A stretch of DNA of 64,000 nt. It comes from an uncultured Verrucomicrobiae bacterium. Lineage in GTDB: Bacteria > Verrucomicrobiota > Verrucomicrobiia > Palsa-1439. Below are positions 22,101-32,566 of the stretch, piece by piece. The number at the start of each line of letters is the position of its first letter. The first letter of the stretch is position 1. Both the position numbers and the translations under genes were made by a program. A model generated the notes under the pieces. The model searched no databases and had not been told where the DNA came from. It saw only the letters and a list, made by a program, of their open reading frames with translations. The stretch lies in NCBI GenBank assembly GCA_963812605.1, contig CAWEWF010000004.1, positions 1 to 64,000 on the forward strand, given 5' to 3'.

Positions 22101-22916
22101 ATGCCAAAACGAATAGAGCCGGCAGTCTTGGACGTTCTGAAGCTTCGCATTGAGCGGGGCGAGACTGTTATCCTTAATGACATCTCGTGGCGGGTGAAGC
22201 GGGGCGAACACTGGGCCATTCTTGGCGCTAACGGTTCGGGCAAGACATCGCTGCTCAGCGCGCTGACGGCTTATCTCTCGCCGACCGCCGGTACAATCGA
22301 GGTGCTCGGCGAGCGGTACGGGGAAAGCGACTGGCGTGAGTTGCGGAAGCATGTCGGGTTGGTCAGTTCGTCGGTTCGGCAGATGATGGCGGATGATGAG
22401 GCGGCGCTGGAAACGGTCGTGAGTGGGAAGTACGCGATGGTTGATTACTGGGGCGATCCATCGGTCGCCGACCGCAAGCGCGCCGCACAGATCCTCAAGA
22501 GCATTGAGTGCTCGCACCTCGCCAAGCGACCATGGCGCGTCCTGTCGCAAGGCGAGCGCCAGCGCGTGCTCATTGGCCGCGCGCTGATGGCGAATCCGCC
22601 GTTGCTGATCCTCGATGAACCGTGCGCCGGGCTCGATCCCGTGGCACGTGAACATTTTCTCCAGTTTCTGCAGAACCTCGGCGTCGGTAAGGGCGCGCCG
22701 ACGCTTATTCTTGTCACGCATCACGTCGAGGAAATTATGCCGGTATTTTCGCACGTGTTACTGCTGAAAGCCGGTTGCGTCCTCGCGCAGGGCAGTAAAG
22801 ACGGAGTGCTTACGTCAAAACTCCTCAGCCGTGCGTTCGGTTCACGCGTCCGTTTGAAGAGCGAGAATGGACGCTATGCGATGTCCGTCAGTTCCAACTC
22901 CCGCGTCGTCATGTGA
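22101..22916 (+). CDS. ABC transporter ATP-binding protein (ModF/YlmA-like)
   Basis: GANGSGKT, LSQGERQR, ILDEP. Confidence 0.9.
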   Translation: MPKRIEPAVLDVLKLRIERGETVILNDISWRVKRGEHWAILGANGSGKTSLLSALTAYLSPTAGTIEVLGERYGESDWRELRKHVGLVSSSVRQMMADDEAALETVVSGKYAMVDYWGDPSVADRKRAAQILKSIECSHLAKRPWRVLSQGERQRVLIGRALMANPPLLILDEPCAGLDPVAREHFLQFLQNLGVGKGAPTLILVTHHVEEIMPVFSHVLLLKAGCVLAQGSKDGVLTSKLLSRAFGSRVRLKSENGRYAMSVSSNSRVVM

Positions 22917-22948
22917 CGCCAGGTGGATCTTGATACTGTCGCCAGAAT

Positions 22949-23078
22949 TGTAGCCGCGAATCGTATTCGCGGTGTCTTCCTGCCGCGCCGCGAAAAAGTT
23001 TCGCGGCTACAAAACTGATGTAGTCGCCCCGCTCTGTCGGGGCGCTTCCCGGCACGGCGACAGAGCGCCGTAACTACA
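22949..23078. repeat. Two tandem GTAG REP doublets between convergent genes
   Basis: 22949-23011 (same family as 5801) and 23019-23078, TGTAG...CTACA with internal hairpins. Confidence 0.75.
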
Positions 23079-23108
23079 TCTCGCTCACGGCCTTAAACCA
23101 AACACGCG

Positions 23109-25464
23109 CTACTGCAATGTCAGGTTGGCGCGATTCGAACCCTGAAATGAAGCATCGACTGTCTTGGAGGCAACCGTTGTCAGCCGCTCGGGTGTGACCT
23201 TGCCACTCTGCAGCAGATAGCTCTGCACCGCCGCGGCGCGTTCATCCATGAGCTTTTTGAAATCGTCCGGAGTGATCTCGGTCAGTTCCAAGAGCTTGGC
23301 CTCCATATCGGCCAGGCTGACCGGGCCTTTGGGCGCTGCGTCCTTGGACTGATCTGCACTCCCGGTCTTGCGCAACGGTTCGAAATTTGTCCGGGTCGTC
23401 AAATGCGCCAGCACGGTTGACGCACCGGCGGCGGAAGCTTTGCTCGAAACGAGGCCCATCGCCTCGGCGTAGGCCAACTTCACCAACCGCTCGCGGTCCT
23501 CAGGCGCCAAGCGCACGGCATCCACTGACGTGACCTTCTGGCCGGCCGCCTGGAGTTCTTTGACGCGCAACTCGCCCAGTTTCCTCTCCAGTTTGAGTTT
23601 CGCCAGCGCCTCGCGGTCTTTGACGGGGTCGATCAAACCGGCGATGCCCAGCTTCAGCGCGGGGCGTTCGTAAAGCGCCGTGGCGAGCGTGTCGAGCTTG
23701 CTGACTTCACCCGCAGTGAAGTCCGCCTTGCCGGGATCGAACGCGATATGATCGAGATCTTCACCACCGCCGAAGACCGACCCGAGCAACGCAAACGGTT
23801 TCGTGATCGCCTTGGTGATGACATTCATGAATACCTGCGCGATCAGGGGGGCCAGCCGGAACTTCGGGTCGTCAAGGCGTCCGTGAAGAGGCACATCCAG
23901 CGCGATCACGCCGTGGCGATCCTGCAACAGCGCGATGCCAAGCTTCACAGGAAGTTTGATCGCGTCCGGACTGCCGCTGGGCTCGCCGAGTTGCAATTGA
24001 TCCACGCGCACCTTGTTCTCCGCCTTCAACTCGCGGCGGGTGACGTAATAGTGCAGGTCAAGGGACAGGGCACCTTTCTCCAGTGGATACCCAACATACT
24101 TGGCCGAGTAGCCGGAGCCGGGCAGTAATGCGTCGTCCTTCAATGAAATCGCCAGGTCGACGAACAAATCCGACGCCAGCGGGTTGATCTTGCCGCTAAT
24201 CGAAAACGGCGCATAATTGTTCACCTTGCCCTTGAAATCCACCGCGGCAACCGTGTCGAGATCGGAAGTGAGTCCCTTCACGCTCCCATTGAACTCCCCA
24301 ATCGTCGATTCTACGTGCGGTTCGACCGACTCGTCGATAAAATGAAAGGAGGCATTATCGAGGACAACCTCGCCGATCCTGATCTGGAAGTTGTTCGTCC
24401 GGGTCTCGGACGCTTTTGACTGAGTCGGGACCGGTGTTACGACCTCGGCGACGGCGGACGTGCTCGCGGCGCCGGGCAACAAGGTCACGCCGGTCTTGAG
24501 GTCAACCAAGCCGCACCTCCGCCACGTCGATGCTCTTCGCGGCGGTGTCGAGTTTCACTCCGCTGACGGAAAGATGAAGCTGGTCGACAAGAGCGCGTGC
24601 GGGTTTTGGCTGCGTCATCTCCACTTGTAGATCGGACAGATCCAATGTGACATTGGAGATGGCCAGGCTGGCCTCTTCGCCGGTCACATCAACACGGTAA
24701 TCCGTCTGCATGTCCATCTTGCCACTGACAATCTGAATGGGCGCGATGTCCTCAATGTACGTGGCGTATCTCGTGATCTGGAATCCTGTGAGCTTGAATG
24801 TGCCCGCAGAATGCAGCGGCGTGAGCGTGACATCGCCCGACCATGCAAACGTCCGCCCGTCTTCCGTGTTCACGACCACGGAATACGGACTGCCTTCCTT
24901 CGGGCGGGTGGTGAACTTCGTGAGGTTGATGTTGATCGGTCCCCATTGCCGATGGAACGGCTTCTTGCGATCCAGGTCTGTGAAGGAAAACTGGCCGTCT
25001 TCCACCTTCAATTCATCGATCATTATGAGTGGCAATTGTTGGCTGGTTTTGGGGGCGGCCCTTGCCGGCGCTGCGTTCGTCAATAGGTCGGCAAAGTTGA
25101 ACGTGCCATCCAGAAGGCGAACAACATTCGCCGAAGGTCTCTTGACACTGATTTCCTTGAAGACGAAACCGCGTTTCAGGAGTGAGACGGACTCAAAATT
25201 TACGTACAGCTCGCCGAGCGAAGCGAACTCATCGCCGTTCGTTTCCGTAAGGGAAAAACCGCGCAGCGTAAAGGACAGTGCATAGGGATTCAGCTTCACA
25301 TCCTGAATGGCGACACGCCGGTGCGTCAACGCGGGCAGCCGCTTGAGCATCTGCGACTTGATAATCGCCGGGAGAATAAAGAATCCGATCACGGTGTAGA
25401 GTCCGACGGCAATGCCCACGCCAATCGTCCATCTCTTCGCCCTACCTTGCCGTAGCGTTGCCAT
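23109..25464 (-). CDS. DUF748-like membrane-anchored protein, one frameshift near 24505
   Basis: N-terminal TM, LNPYALS, repeated beta-rich FIDES/FTD units, LPVKLGIALLQD, OmpA-like tail; two abutting ORFs. Confidence 0.75.
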
Positions 25465-25478
25465 GGGTACGACCGGAA

Positions 25479-26777
25479 TTACGCGTTCTTATTGCGTTGC
25501 TCGATGGGAACGTAGTGATGCTCGGTCGGACCGACGTAAACCTGGCGCGGACGGTAGATGCGGGTGGTGGCTTCGTCCATGATTTCCTTGTAGTTGGCGA
25601 TCCACCCGGGCATGCGGCCGATGGCGAAAATCACGGTGAACATCTCGATCGGGATGCCAATCGCGCGCATGATGATCCCGCTGTAGAAATCCACGTTTGG
25701 ATACAGTTTGCGCTCGACGAAATAGCTGTCATGCAAAGCTGCTTCCTCAAGTTTTTTCGCGATGTCCAACAACGGGTCGTTAATGTGCAGGGTCTCCAGG
25801 ATTTTGTCGCACTGTTCCTTGATAATCTTGGCACGCGGGTCGTAGTTTTTATACACGCGATGACCGAAGCCCATGAGTTTTCGCCCGCTCTTCTTGTCCT
25901 TCGCGGCCGCAATGAACTTCGAACCGTCGTCTCCCTCGCGGTGAATCTGCTCCAGCATCTCGATCACGGCCTGGTTCGCGCCGCCGTGGAGCGGCCCCCA
26001 GAGCGCGCATACCCCGCCCGCCGCACAGGCGAACAGGTTCGCGCGGCTGGAAGCAATCATGCGCACCGTCGAGGTGGAGCAATTCTGTTCGTGGTCCGCG
26101 TGCAGGAGGAAGATCAGGTCGAGCGCGCGCACGACCTCGGGCTTCAAATTGTAATCCTGATAAGGTTCCGAGAACATCATGTGCAGAAGATTGGCGGTGT
26201 ATTTGTAAATCGGCTTCGGGTAAATGATCGGCAGCCCGTGGGATTTGCGGTAGGCATACGCCGCGATCGTGCGAACCTTGGAAAGCAGGCGGGCGGACTG
26301 TAACTCGAAGTTGCCTGGCTGATAACCTTCCATCAAGCGCGGGTGAAAGCAGCTTGCGGCATTGATCATCGAGGACAGGATCGCCATCGGGTGCGCGTTG
26401 GGCGGGAAACCCTCGAAATGGAACTTCATGTCCTCGTGCAGCATTTCGTTTTGTGTCAGCAGGTCGGAGAAACGGCGAAAATCGACGCTTGTCGGCAAAT
26501 GGCCGTAAATGAGCAAGTACGCGCTCTCAATGAAGGTGGATTTCTCGGCGAGCTCCTCGATGGGAATGCCGCGATAACGCAGGATCCCTTTCTCGCCGTC
26601 GATGAAAGTAATCGCGCTGCTACAGGAGCCCGTGTTCGAATAGCCATCGTCGAGTGTGATGTACCCGGACTCCTGGCGCAACTTCGAGATGTCAACGGCG
26701 CGCTCGTTTTCCGTGCCGACCACAATGGGGAGTTGATAAACCTTGTCGCCGATTTGCAATTTCGCCTGCTCGCTCAT
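25479..26777 (-). CDS. gltA: Citrate synthase
   Basis: HADHEQNCST, GPLHGGAN, MGFGHRVYK, YPNVDFYSG. Confidence 0.97.
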   Translation of the reverse strand: MSEQAKLQIGDKVYQLPIVVGTENERAVDISKLRQESGYITLDDGYSNTGSCSSAITFIDGEKGILRYRGIPIEELAEKSTFIESAYLLIYGHLPTSVDFRRFSDLLTQNEMLHEDMKFHFEGFPPNAHPMAILSSMINAASCFHPRLMEGYQPGNFELQSARLLSKVRTIAAYAYRKSHGLPIIYPKPIYKYTANLLHMMFSEPYQDYNLKPEVVRALDLIFLLHADHEQNCSTSTVRMIASSRANLFACAAGGVCALWGPLHGGANQAVIEMLEQIHREGDDGSKFIAAAKDKKSGRKLMGFGHRVYKNYDPRAKIIKEQCDKILETLHINDPLLDIAKKLEEAALHDSYFVERKLYPNVDFYSGIIMRAIGIPIEMFTVIFAIGRMPGWIANYKEIMDEATTRIYRPRQVYVGPTEHHYVPIEQRNKNA

Positions 26778-26895
26778 AGACACCTCTGGGATGAAATGTT
26801 CACCCTTTTTACAGCGATTCAGTTCACTCCGCCACAAATTTTCGCGGCGAGTGAAAGGAAGACGGGGGTTGAAACGGAGAGCGGTTGAGAAGGTA

Positions 26896-27489
26896 TCAGT
26901 GCGCGGCGCTGTTCTTTTCAAACACGTCCACACGAGCGGGCGGTATGTTTGCCCAAACGACGGTCGTCCGGCACCGCTTGAAGCCGGAGAGGCGGGGATG
27001 AGTCCGCTTCCGAAGGTCGTACGTGTACTGGAGCAGTTTCCCGTGCGGGGGCAGAACCTGATAAATTTCTTGCAGAATGCTGATCACGACATTTTCCGGG
27101 AGCGACCGCAGCGGCAGGCTGGAGACGACGTAACTGACTTCAAGCGCGTCCTTGGGAAGCCACGTCTTGAGGAGGGAACGAAGTTCGGTAGCGTCCCCCT
27201 GGGCGATATTCAACGATGGGAAACGCCGCTTTAGTAATTTTACCATCGTCTCCGAGCGTTCGATTGGGAGAATGCGGTCCGCAGGGATTCCACGCTTTAG
27301 CAAGGCAGCGGTAATGGCCCCGGTGCCAGCCCCCAACTCCACCACGTATCCTTTCGGCGAGCGGGGAAGAAAACTGGCCATGCATCGCCCGAGAAAGCGG
27401 GAACTGGGTACCGCCGACCCGACGGGGCCCGGATTGTTGAGCAATTCGCCCCCAAAAGTGAAAAACGCCGAGACGGCTTCAAACGCCAT
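26896..27489 (-). CDS. Class I SAM-dependent methyltransferase (phospholipid N-methyltransferase-like)
   Basis: VGSAVPSSRFL, VVELGAGTG, VSSLPL, NIPPARV. Confidence 0.8.
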   Translation of the reverse strand: MAFEAVSAFFTFGGELLNNPGPVGSAVPSSRFLGRCMASFLPRSPKGYVVELGAGTGAITAALLKRGIPADRILPIERSETMVKLLKRRFPSLNIAQGDATELRSLLKTWLPKDALEVSYVVSSLPLRSLPENVVISILQEIYQVLPPHGKLLQYTYDLRKRTHPRLSGFKRCRTTVVWANIPPARVDVFEKNSAAH

Positions 27490-27727
27490 GAATTTTCGGG
27501 GACGACCTGCAGCCTGACCAACACTGGCGTGTGTGCCAGAGATTTTCCCGGAATATTCGGCTGACACGGCCCCCCTCCTTCGGGCTGACATGGTTAAAAC
27601 TATCCCTTATCTCGCAGAAAAAAGCCATAATCTTTTTTAGGGGCTGTTTCGTAGGATATCCATAGCTTAATTCTCACGCCTTTGCCGTTGGCTTGCAAAT
27701 TGTTGCAAAAACCCCTATGAATTATGG

Positions 27728-28819
27728 ATGCCGTTCGCCATCGGTCAACTGACGCTCGATTCAAATCTGTTTCTCTCTCCCCTAGCGGGTTATACCAACT
27801 TGCCCTTCCGCCTCGTTATCCGCGAAATCGGCGGTGTCGGGCTGTGCACCACCGACCTCGTCAACGCCCGCTCTTTGCTGGAGAAAAACCGCAAGGCGCT
27901 GCAACTTATCGCCACCCGGCCGCAAGATCGGCCGCTTGCGGTCCAGCTCTACGGCGCGATTCCCGAGGAAATGCGCGATGCGGCGGTGCTGCTCGAATCG
28001 CTCGGGGTGAGTTCGGTGGATATCAACATGGGTTGTCCCGTTCGCAAGATTTGCCGCAACGGCTGCGGCTCGAAACTGATGGGCGATCACGAGAAGGCCG
28101 CGCAGCTTGTCAGCCTGATGGTGAACGCGGTGAAGATTCCGGTAACTTGCAAAATGCGGCTGGGCTGGGACGATGAAAACCTGACCGCGCCCGATCTCGC
28201 AAGTGCGCTGGAGGATGCGGGCGTGGCCGCGATTGCCGTGCATGGCCGCACGAGGGAGCAGGGATTCAGTGGGTCGGTGAATCTTGCGGGCATCCGCGCC
28301 GTGGTCGAGGCGGTGCAACGTGTGCCGGTCATCGGCAACGGCGACATCACGACGCCGCAGACGGCCAAGATGATGTTCGAGGAAACCGGCTGCGCGGCGA
28401 TCAGCATCGGGCGCGGCGCGTTCTATAACCCGTGGATTTTTCGCCAGACCGCGCACTATCTCGCGACGGGCGAACTGCCGCCCGAACACGCCTTCGAGGA
28501 GCGCGTCGCCGTGATGAATCGTCACCTGGATTTGATGGTGGAGATCTTCGGCGAAAAAATGGGTTGTCTCATGTTCCGCAAGGTCGCGCTGCAATACTCG
28601 CGGACGTTCGGCCCGGCGAAAGAATTTCACAAACTCGTGATCCACCTAACCACCCGCGCCGATTTCGACGAAATTCTCGATGCCTATCGTAAGTGGCGCA
28701 TGCAATTCCTCGACGCGGACGGAGACCTGCTTCCGCACTACGAACCGCATCCGCTGGGCCTGGCCGCCGAGCCTGCTATTGCCGTCAAGGTGCCGGTGGG
28801 GCCGAATGAATTGTGGTAG
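27728..28819 (+). CDS. dusB: tRNA-dihydrouridine synthase B
   Basis: PLAGYTNLPFR, DINMGCP, KMRLGWD, VHGRT, GNGDI. Confidence 0.92.
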   Translation: MPFAIGQLTLDSNLFLSPLAGYTNLPFRLVIREIGGVGLCTTDLVNARSLLEKNRKALQLIATRPQDRPLAVQLYGAIPEEMRDAAVLLESLGVSSVDINMGCPVRKICRNGCGSKLMGDHEKAAQLVSLMVNAVKIPVTCKMRLGWDDENLTAPDLASALEDAGVAAIAVHGRTREQGFSGSVNLAGIRAVVEAVQRVPVIGNGDITTPQTAKMMFEETGCAAISIGRGAFYNPWIFRQTAHYLATGELPPEHAFEERVAVMNRHLDLMVEIFGEKMGCLMFRKVALQYSRTFGPAKEFHKLVIHLTTRADFDEILDAYRKWRMQFLDADGDLLPHYEPHPLGLAAEPAIAVKVPVGPNELW

Positions 28820-28848
28820 GTCGCTGTTTTTCTAATCAAAGCAATGTC

Positions 28849-29172
28849 ATGACCGCGGGAGAAAAGATAGGAGCAGTCCTCCGCCCCCTACCCGGCGAGA
28901 AATACCCTCTCTTCTCGAGATGGGACACCAACAACATCGAGCCGGGAAATTACCGTTACTGGAGCCATTTTCTGAAGGACGAAAAGTGCTGGACGCTTTT
29001 TCTGGAGACGAACGAACCATTGGGTGCAGGAGAGCCGGAGTTGCTCAAGGAATCATACGATTGCTTAGTCTACTTCCTTGCAGCGGAAGCACCGACGGAG
29101 GTTCTTTACTCCGGCAGTACATTGATTCTTTCTGTGGGGGAATGGAAAAAGGCAGCTCTGACAATCAAATAG
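28849..29172 (+). CDS. Hypothetical accessory protein, lower GC
   Basis: 107-aa ORF between dusB and the outermost helicase-tail copy. Confidence 0.5.
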   Translation: MTAGEKIGAVLRPLPGEKYPLFSRWDTNNIEPGNYRYWSHFLKDEKCWTLFLETNEPLGAGEPELLKESYDCLVYFLAAEAPTEVLYSGSTLILSVGEWKKAALTIK

Positions 29173-29202
29173 ATATGGTCATACCACCGAACGAAGCGAA
29201 CG

Positions 29203-29301
29203 CTACCGCCGCTTGCGGCTGGGGCTGAAGGAGTAACTTTTCATCGAACGGACGGCGCGGACGCTACGGCGGTGGTCGTAGATCGTCATTTCCTCGAACA
29301 G
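29203..29301 (-). repeat. Dead copy 1 of the DEAD-box helicase 3' end
   Basis: Encodes LFEEMTIYDHRRSVRAVRSMKSYSFSPSRKRR*; the live gene ends LFEEKQISGDRRSVRAVRTMKGYSFSPSRKRR*. Confidence 0.92.
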
Positions 29302-29341
29302 CACACTTGAAGCGGTAAGGGAAACCGAGTACAGTTTCGTC

Positions 29342-29515
29342 GTGAGACTAGCCGCAGTTCTGACACCAGACCCCAAGGGCGGTTTTGTTGCTTTCAATCC
29401 TGAAACCGGGACGACAACCCAGGGAGAAAGCATTGCGGAAGCGCTGGCCAATCTGAAAGAAGCCACCGAATTGTATTTGGAGTATGCCCTGACAGAGTAC
29501 TTTCCTCTCAGATAA
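29342..29515 (+). CDS. Orphan HicB-family antitoxin (57 aa, absent from the ORF track)
   Basis: MRLAAVLTPDPKGGFVAFNPETGTTTQGESIAEALANLKEATELYLE; TTGAAG-17-TACAGT promoter just upstream. Confidence 0.75.
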   Translation: MRLAAVLTPDPKGGFVAFNPETGTTTQGESIAEALANLKEATELYLEYALTEYFPLR

Positions 29516-29643
29516 ACAACGGTAATTACTGGTGAGTAACGGTCAGAAAGAGGGTTGCAAAAACGAGGCGACGATGGGCGATACTTTCCCATTTCGCGGA
29601 CAAAAAACAGGAAAAAGAGAGACTTTAGCGTCCGCCGGCGGAC

Positions 29644-29778
29644 ACTAGTGGTGCGACACGCTTCATTTGCAGGGTCGTTGGTAGGGACGGCTCGCCGAGC
29701 CGTCCGCGATTCCGCGCTGGCGCGGCGCGGTGGGCCACCGCGCTCTACCCATCGAATGAACTGTGTCGCAGCACTAGT
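29644..29778. mobile_element. MITE with 24-bp TIRs enclosing a GTAG REP doublet
   Basis: ACTAGTGGTGCGACACGCTTCATT ... AATGAACTGTGTCGCAGCACTAGT. Confidence 0.7.
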
Positions 29779-29993
29779 TTCACAAGAGAAGGTAACACGG
29801 CGGCAGTGATCGTTTTAAAATTGATCTCACCGTTTTTCGCTCGCAGAATCCTCCATCATAGTGCGTGGCAGCCATTTGAGGTGATAGTCGGATTTGGCAC
29901 ATTGTGCAGCCAGCCTGCCGACTTAATTCCTTTCTCAACCGAGTGGAAAGTACCTTGTCATCAAATGGGAAAGTTCCGCGTCGGCTTACACTA

Positions 29994-30093
29994 CTACCGT
30001 CGCTTGCGGCTCGGGCTGAAGAAATAACCTTTCATCGTGCGGACGGCGCAGATGCTGCGTGGGTCGTGGAGGTGGTTTTTCGAAGAACAGCGG
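29994..30093 (-). repeat. Dead copy 2 of the DEAD-box helicase 3' end
   Basis: PLFFEK/HLHDPRSICAVRTMKGYFFSPSRKRR* with a 1-bp frameshift. Confidence 0.9.
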
Positions 30094-30130
30094 GCTTGAA
30101 ATGATCCGCCGAACCGGTTAAGTTCTCAAC

Positions 30131-30316
30131 ATGTCCACGAAGGAAATCGCTCTGGCTTCCATTCAGGGGCTTCCCGACTCTGCCACTTGGGAAGAAATCG
30201 AGGAGCGCATCCGTTTTCTGGCAGCCATCGAGCGGGGACGCAAGGACATTCGGGAAGGCAAGGTTATTCCGCACGAGGACGTACGAAACCAGCTTGACCG
30301 ATGGCTTTCCAGGTAA
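30131..30316 (+). CDS. Type II TA antitoxin
   Basis: LPDSATWEEI..AIERG..IREGKVIPHE; overlaps the toxin gene. Confidence 0.8.
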   Translation: MSTKEIALASIQGLPDSATWEEIEERIRFLAAIERGRKDIREGKVIPHEDVRNQLDRWLSR

Positions 30317-30600
30317 TCTGGGCAGAGTCGGCGCTTGCCGATCTCGAACAAATCGTCCGTTACATCGCGGTCGAAGATCCCGGTGCCGCCAGACGACTTG
30401 GTCTGACGCTGATCAACCGTGCCGAAGAACTTGCCAGCTTCCCGCGTAAAGGCCGTATCGTACCGGAAAAAGGCGAGGAAGCCCTGCGCGAAATTATTGC
30501 GGTACCTTACCGGGTCGTCTATGAGGTTTTTGAATCTGACCACACGGTCTGCGTCCTTCGCATCTGGCATTCTGCCCGCGGTATCCCCGAGCTTAGATAG
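30301..30600 (+). CDS. RelE/ParE-family toxin
   Basis: VIWAESALADLEQI..FPRKGRIVPE..YRVVYEV..LRIWHSAR. Confidence 0.88.
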   Translation: MAFQVIWAESALADLEQIVRYIAVEDPGAARRLGLTLINRAEELASFPRKGRIVPEKGEEALREIIAVPYRVVYEVFESDHTVCVLRIWHSARGIPELR

Positions 30601-30664
30601 CGGGGTACCATCTATGCACGACCCAAACGGCGCGCCCGGTGGTCGCACCCTACCAACTATCTCC

Positions 30665-31888
30665 CTATCGTCGCTTCCGGCTCGGGCTAAAGGAATAACC
30701 CTTCATCGTGCGGACGGCGCGGACGCTGCGGCGGTCGCCGGAAATTTGTTTTTCTTCGAAAAGCGGAGTCAAAACGTAATCGAAGTTCTCCAGCTTGAGT
30801 TGCGGGATTTTCTGGCCGATGAAGCGTTCGATGGCGCGGAGGTATTCGAGTTCCTCGATGGTCACGAGCGTAAAGGCGTCGCCCACCTTCTGGGCGCGGC
30901 CTGTGCGCCCAATGCGATGGACGTAATCCTCGGGATGTTGCGGCACATCGTAGTTGATCACGTGCGTGACGCCCTCGACGTCGAGCCCGCGCGCGGCAAT
31001 GTCGGTCGCCACCATCACCTCGTATTTGCCGGACTTGAAGCCGTCGAGCGCCTCGACGCGTTCGCGTTGCGTGCGGTTCGAATGCAACGCTGCCACCGAG
31101 TGCCGCTCGGACCGCAACCGGGTCGCGATCTTGTCGGCACCGTGCTTGGTGCGCGAGAAGATGAGCACGCTATCGAAATTCGTGCGCTGCAGCAACGCGG
31201 AGAGCAATTGAAACTTCTGGCTGGTTGCGACAGGATAACAGGCGTGCGTGACCGTCTCGGCGGGCGAACGACTCGCGCCGATTTCGATCTTCTCGGGATT
31301 GTGCAGCACCCACGCGGCGAGTTGTCCGATCTCCGGTGGAACAGTCGCCGAGAACAGCAGCGTTTGCCGTTGCTTCGGACAACGGTCGATGATCTTGCGC
31401 ACGTCGGGCAGGAAACCCATGTCGAGCATGCGATCCACTTCGTCGAGCACCAACAAATTCACGTCGCGCAAATGCAGCGACCCCTGCCCCAACAGATCCA
31501 AGAGCCGCCCCGGCGTCGCGACCACAACGTCCACACCCTGTTGCAATTCCTGTTTCTGGTTGCCGTAACCGACCCCGCCGAAGATGACCGCCGTCTTCAT
31601 GTTGGTGAAGCGCCCATACTCGTGAAAAGCCGTCTCGACCTGCGCCGCCAACTCGCGTGTCGGCTCGAGCACGAGGCAACGGCATTTGCCGTGCGTCTTG
31701 AGCAGCGTAAGGATCGGCAGGGCGAACGCGGCGGTCTTGCCCGTGCCGGTTTGCGCCGCGCCGATAAGATCTTTGCCGGCCAGGATGACCGGGATGGCCC
31801 GTAGTTGAATCGGTGTCGGCACGACATAACCCGCGGCCTGCACGCCGCGCACGACCTCTTCAGAAAGTCCAAGTTGTTTGAAAGGCAT
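30665..31888 (-). CDS. DEAD/DEAH-box RNA helicase (RhlE-like)
   Basis: PTPIQ, AQTGTGKT, PTRELA, DEVD, SAT, HRIGRTGR. Confidence 0.95.
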   Translation of the reverse strand: MPFKQLGLSEEVVRGVQAAGYVVPTPIQLRAIPVILAGKDLIGAAQTGTGKTAAFALPILTLLKTHGKCRCLVLEPTRELAAQVETAFHEYGRFTNMKTAVIFGGVGYGNQKQELQQGVDVVVATPGRLLDLLGQGSLHLRDVNLLVLDEVDRMLDMGFLPDVRKIIDRCPKQRQTLLFSATVPPEIGQLAAWVLHNPEKIEIGASRSPAETVTHACYPVATSQKFQLLSALLQRTNFDSVLIFSRTKHGADKIATRLRSERHSVAALHSNRTQRERVEALDGFKSGKYEVMVATDIAARGLDVEGVTHVINYDVPQHPEDYVHRIGRTGRAQKVGDAFTLVTIEELEYLRAIERFIGQKIPQLKLENFDYVLTPLFEEKQISGDRRSVRAVRTMKGYSFSPSRKRR

Positions 31889-32032
31889 GACGTATGGTAG
31901 GTGCGGCTGGTCACTTTAACAAGACCCGATTTCGGCGTCTCCTTTGGTCTTCCGCGCCGGCAATACCACCGATCCCGGAAATGAAATGGAGGTTGATTGG
32001 CGCGAGGGATTGCCGTATAAGCGGGGCGCTTT

Positions 32033-32506
32033 ATGAGGCATACCCTTTCAGTCCTGGTCGAGAATAAATTCGGCGTGTTGACCCGCATCTCGGGGCTGTT
32101 CAGCGGCCGCGGGTTCAACATCGACACGCTCAACGTCGCCCCGACGCAGGACCCGACGCAGTCCCGCATGACCATCGTGGTCAAGGGCGATGACACCGTG
32201 CTCGAGCAGGTCACCAAACAGCTCAATAAACTCGTCAACGTCATCAAGGTGCAGGATTTCCCGGAAGGCGAATATGTCGACCGTGAGCTGGTACTGATCA
32301 AGGTCAATGCGGACAACAAGACGCGTTCCGAGATCATGCAGATCTGCGATATTTTCCGCGCGAAGATCGTCGACGTGGCGCACAAGGCCCTGACCATCGA
32401 GATCACGGGCAACGAATCGAAGGTCAGCAAGTTCTTGGACTTGATGGAACCGTTCGGCGTCCGCGACATCACGCGCACCGGCAAAGTGGCGATGCCCAGG
32501 AAATGA
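32033..32506 (+). CDS. ilvN: Acetolactate synthase small subunit
   Basis: VLVENKFGVLTRISGLFSGRGFNI, ACT domain. Confidence 0.93.
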   Translation: MRHTLSVLVENKFGVLTRISGLFSGRGFNIDTLNVAPTQDPTQSRMTIVVKGDDTVLEQVTKQLNKLVNVIKVQDFPEGEYVDRELVLIKVNADNKTRSEIMQICDIFRAKIVDVAHKALTIEITGNESKVSKFLDLMEPFGVRDITRTGKVAMPRK

Positions 32507-32566
32507 CACCGCCCCGCGGTGTCATCCTGAGCGAAGCAAAGGATTTCACACAAGTAAGGAAAAATC

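Noticed and set aside
28783-29202. dusB tail duplication or dus-associated integrase island
   Set aside because: No convincing copy of the dusB end and no integrase.
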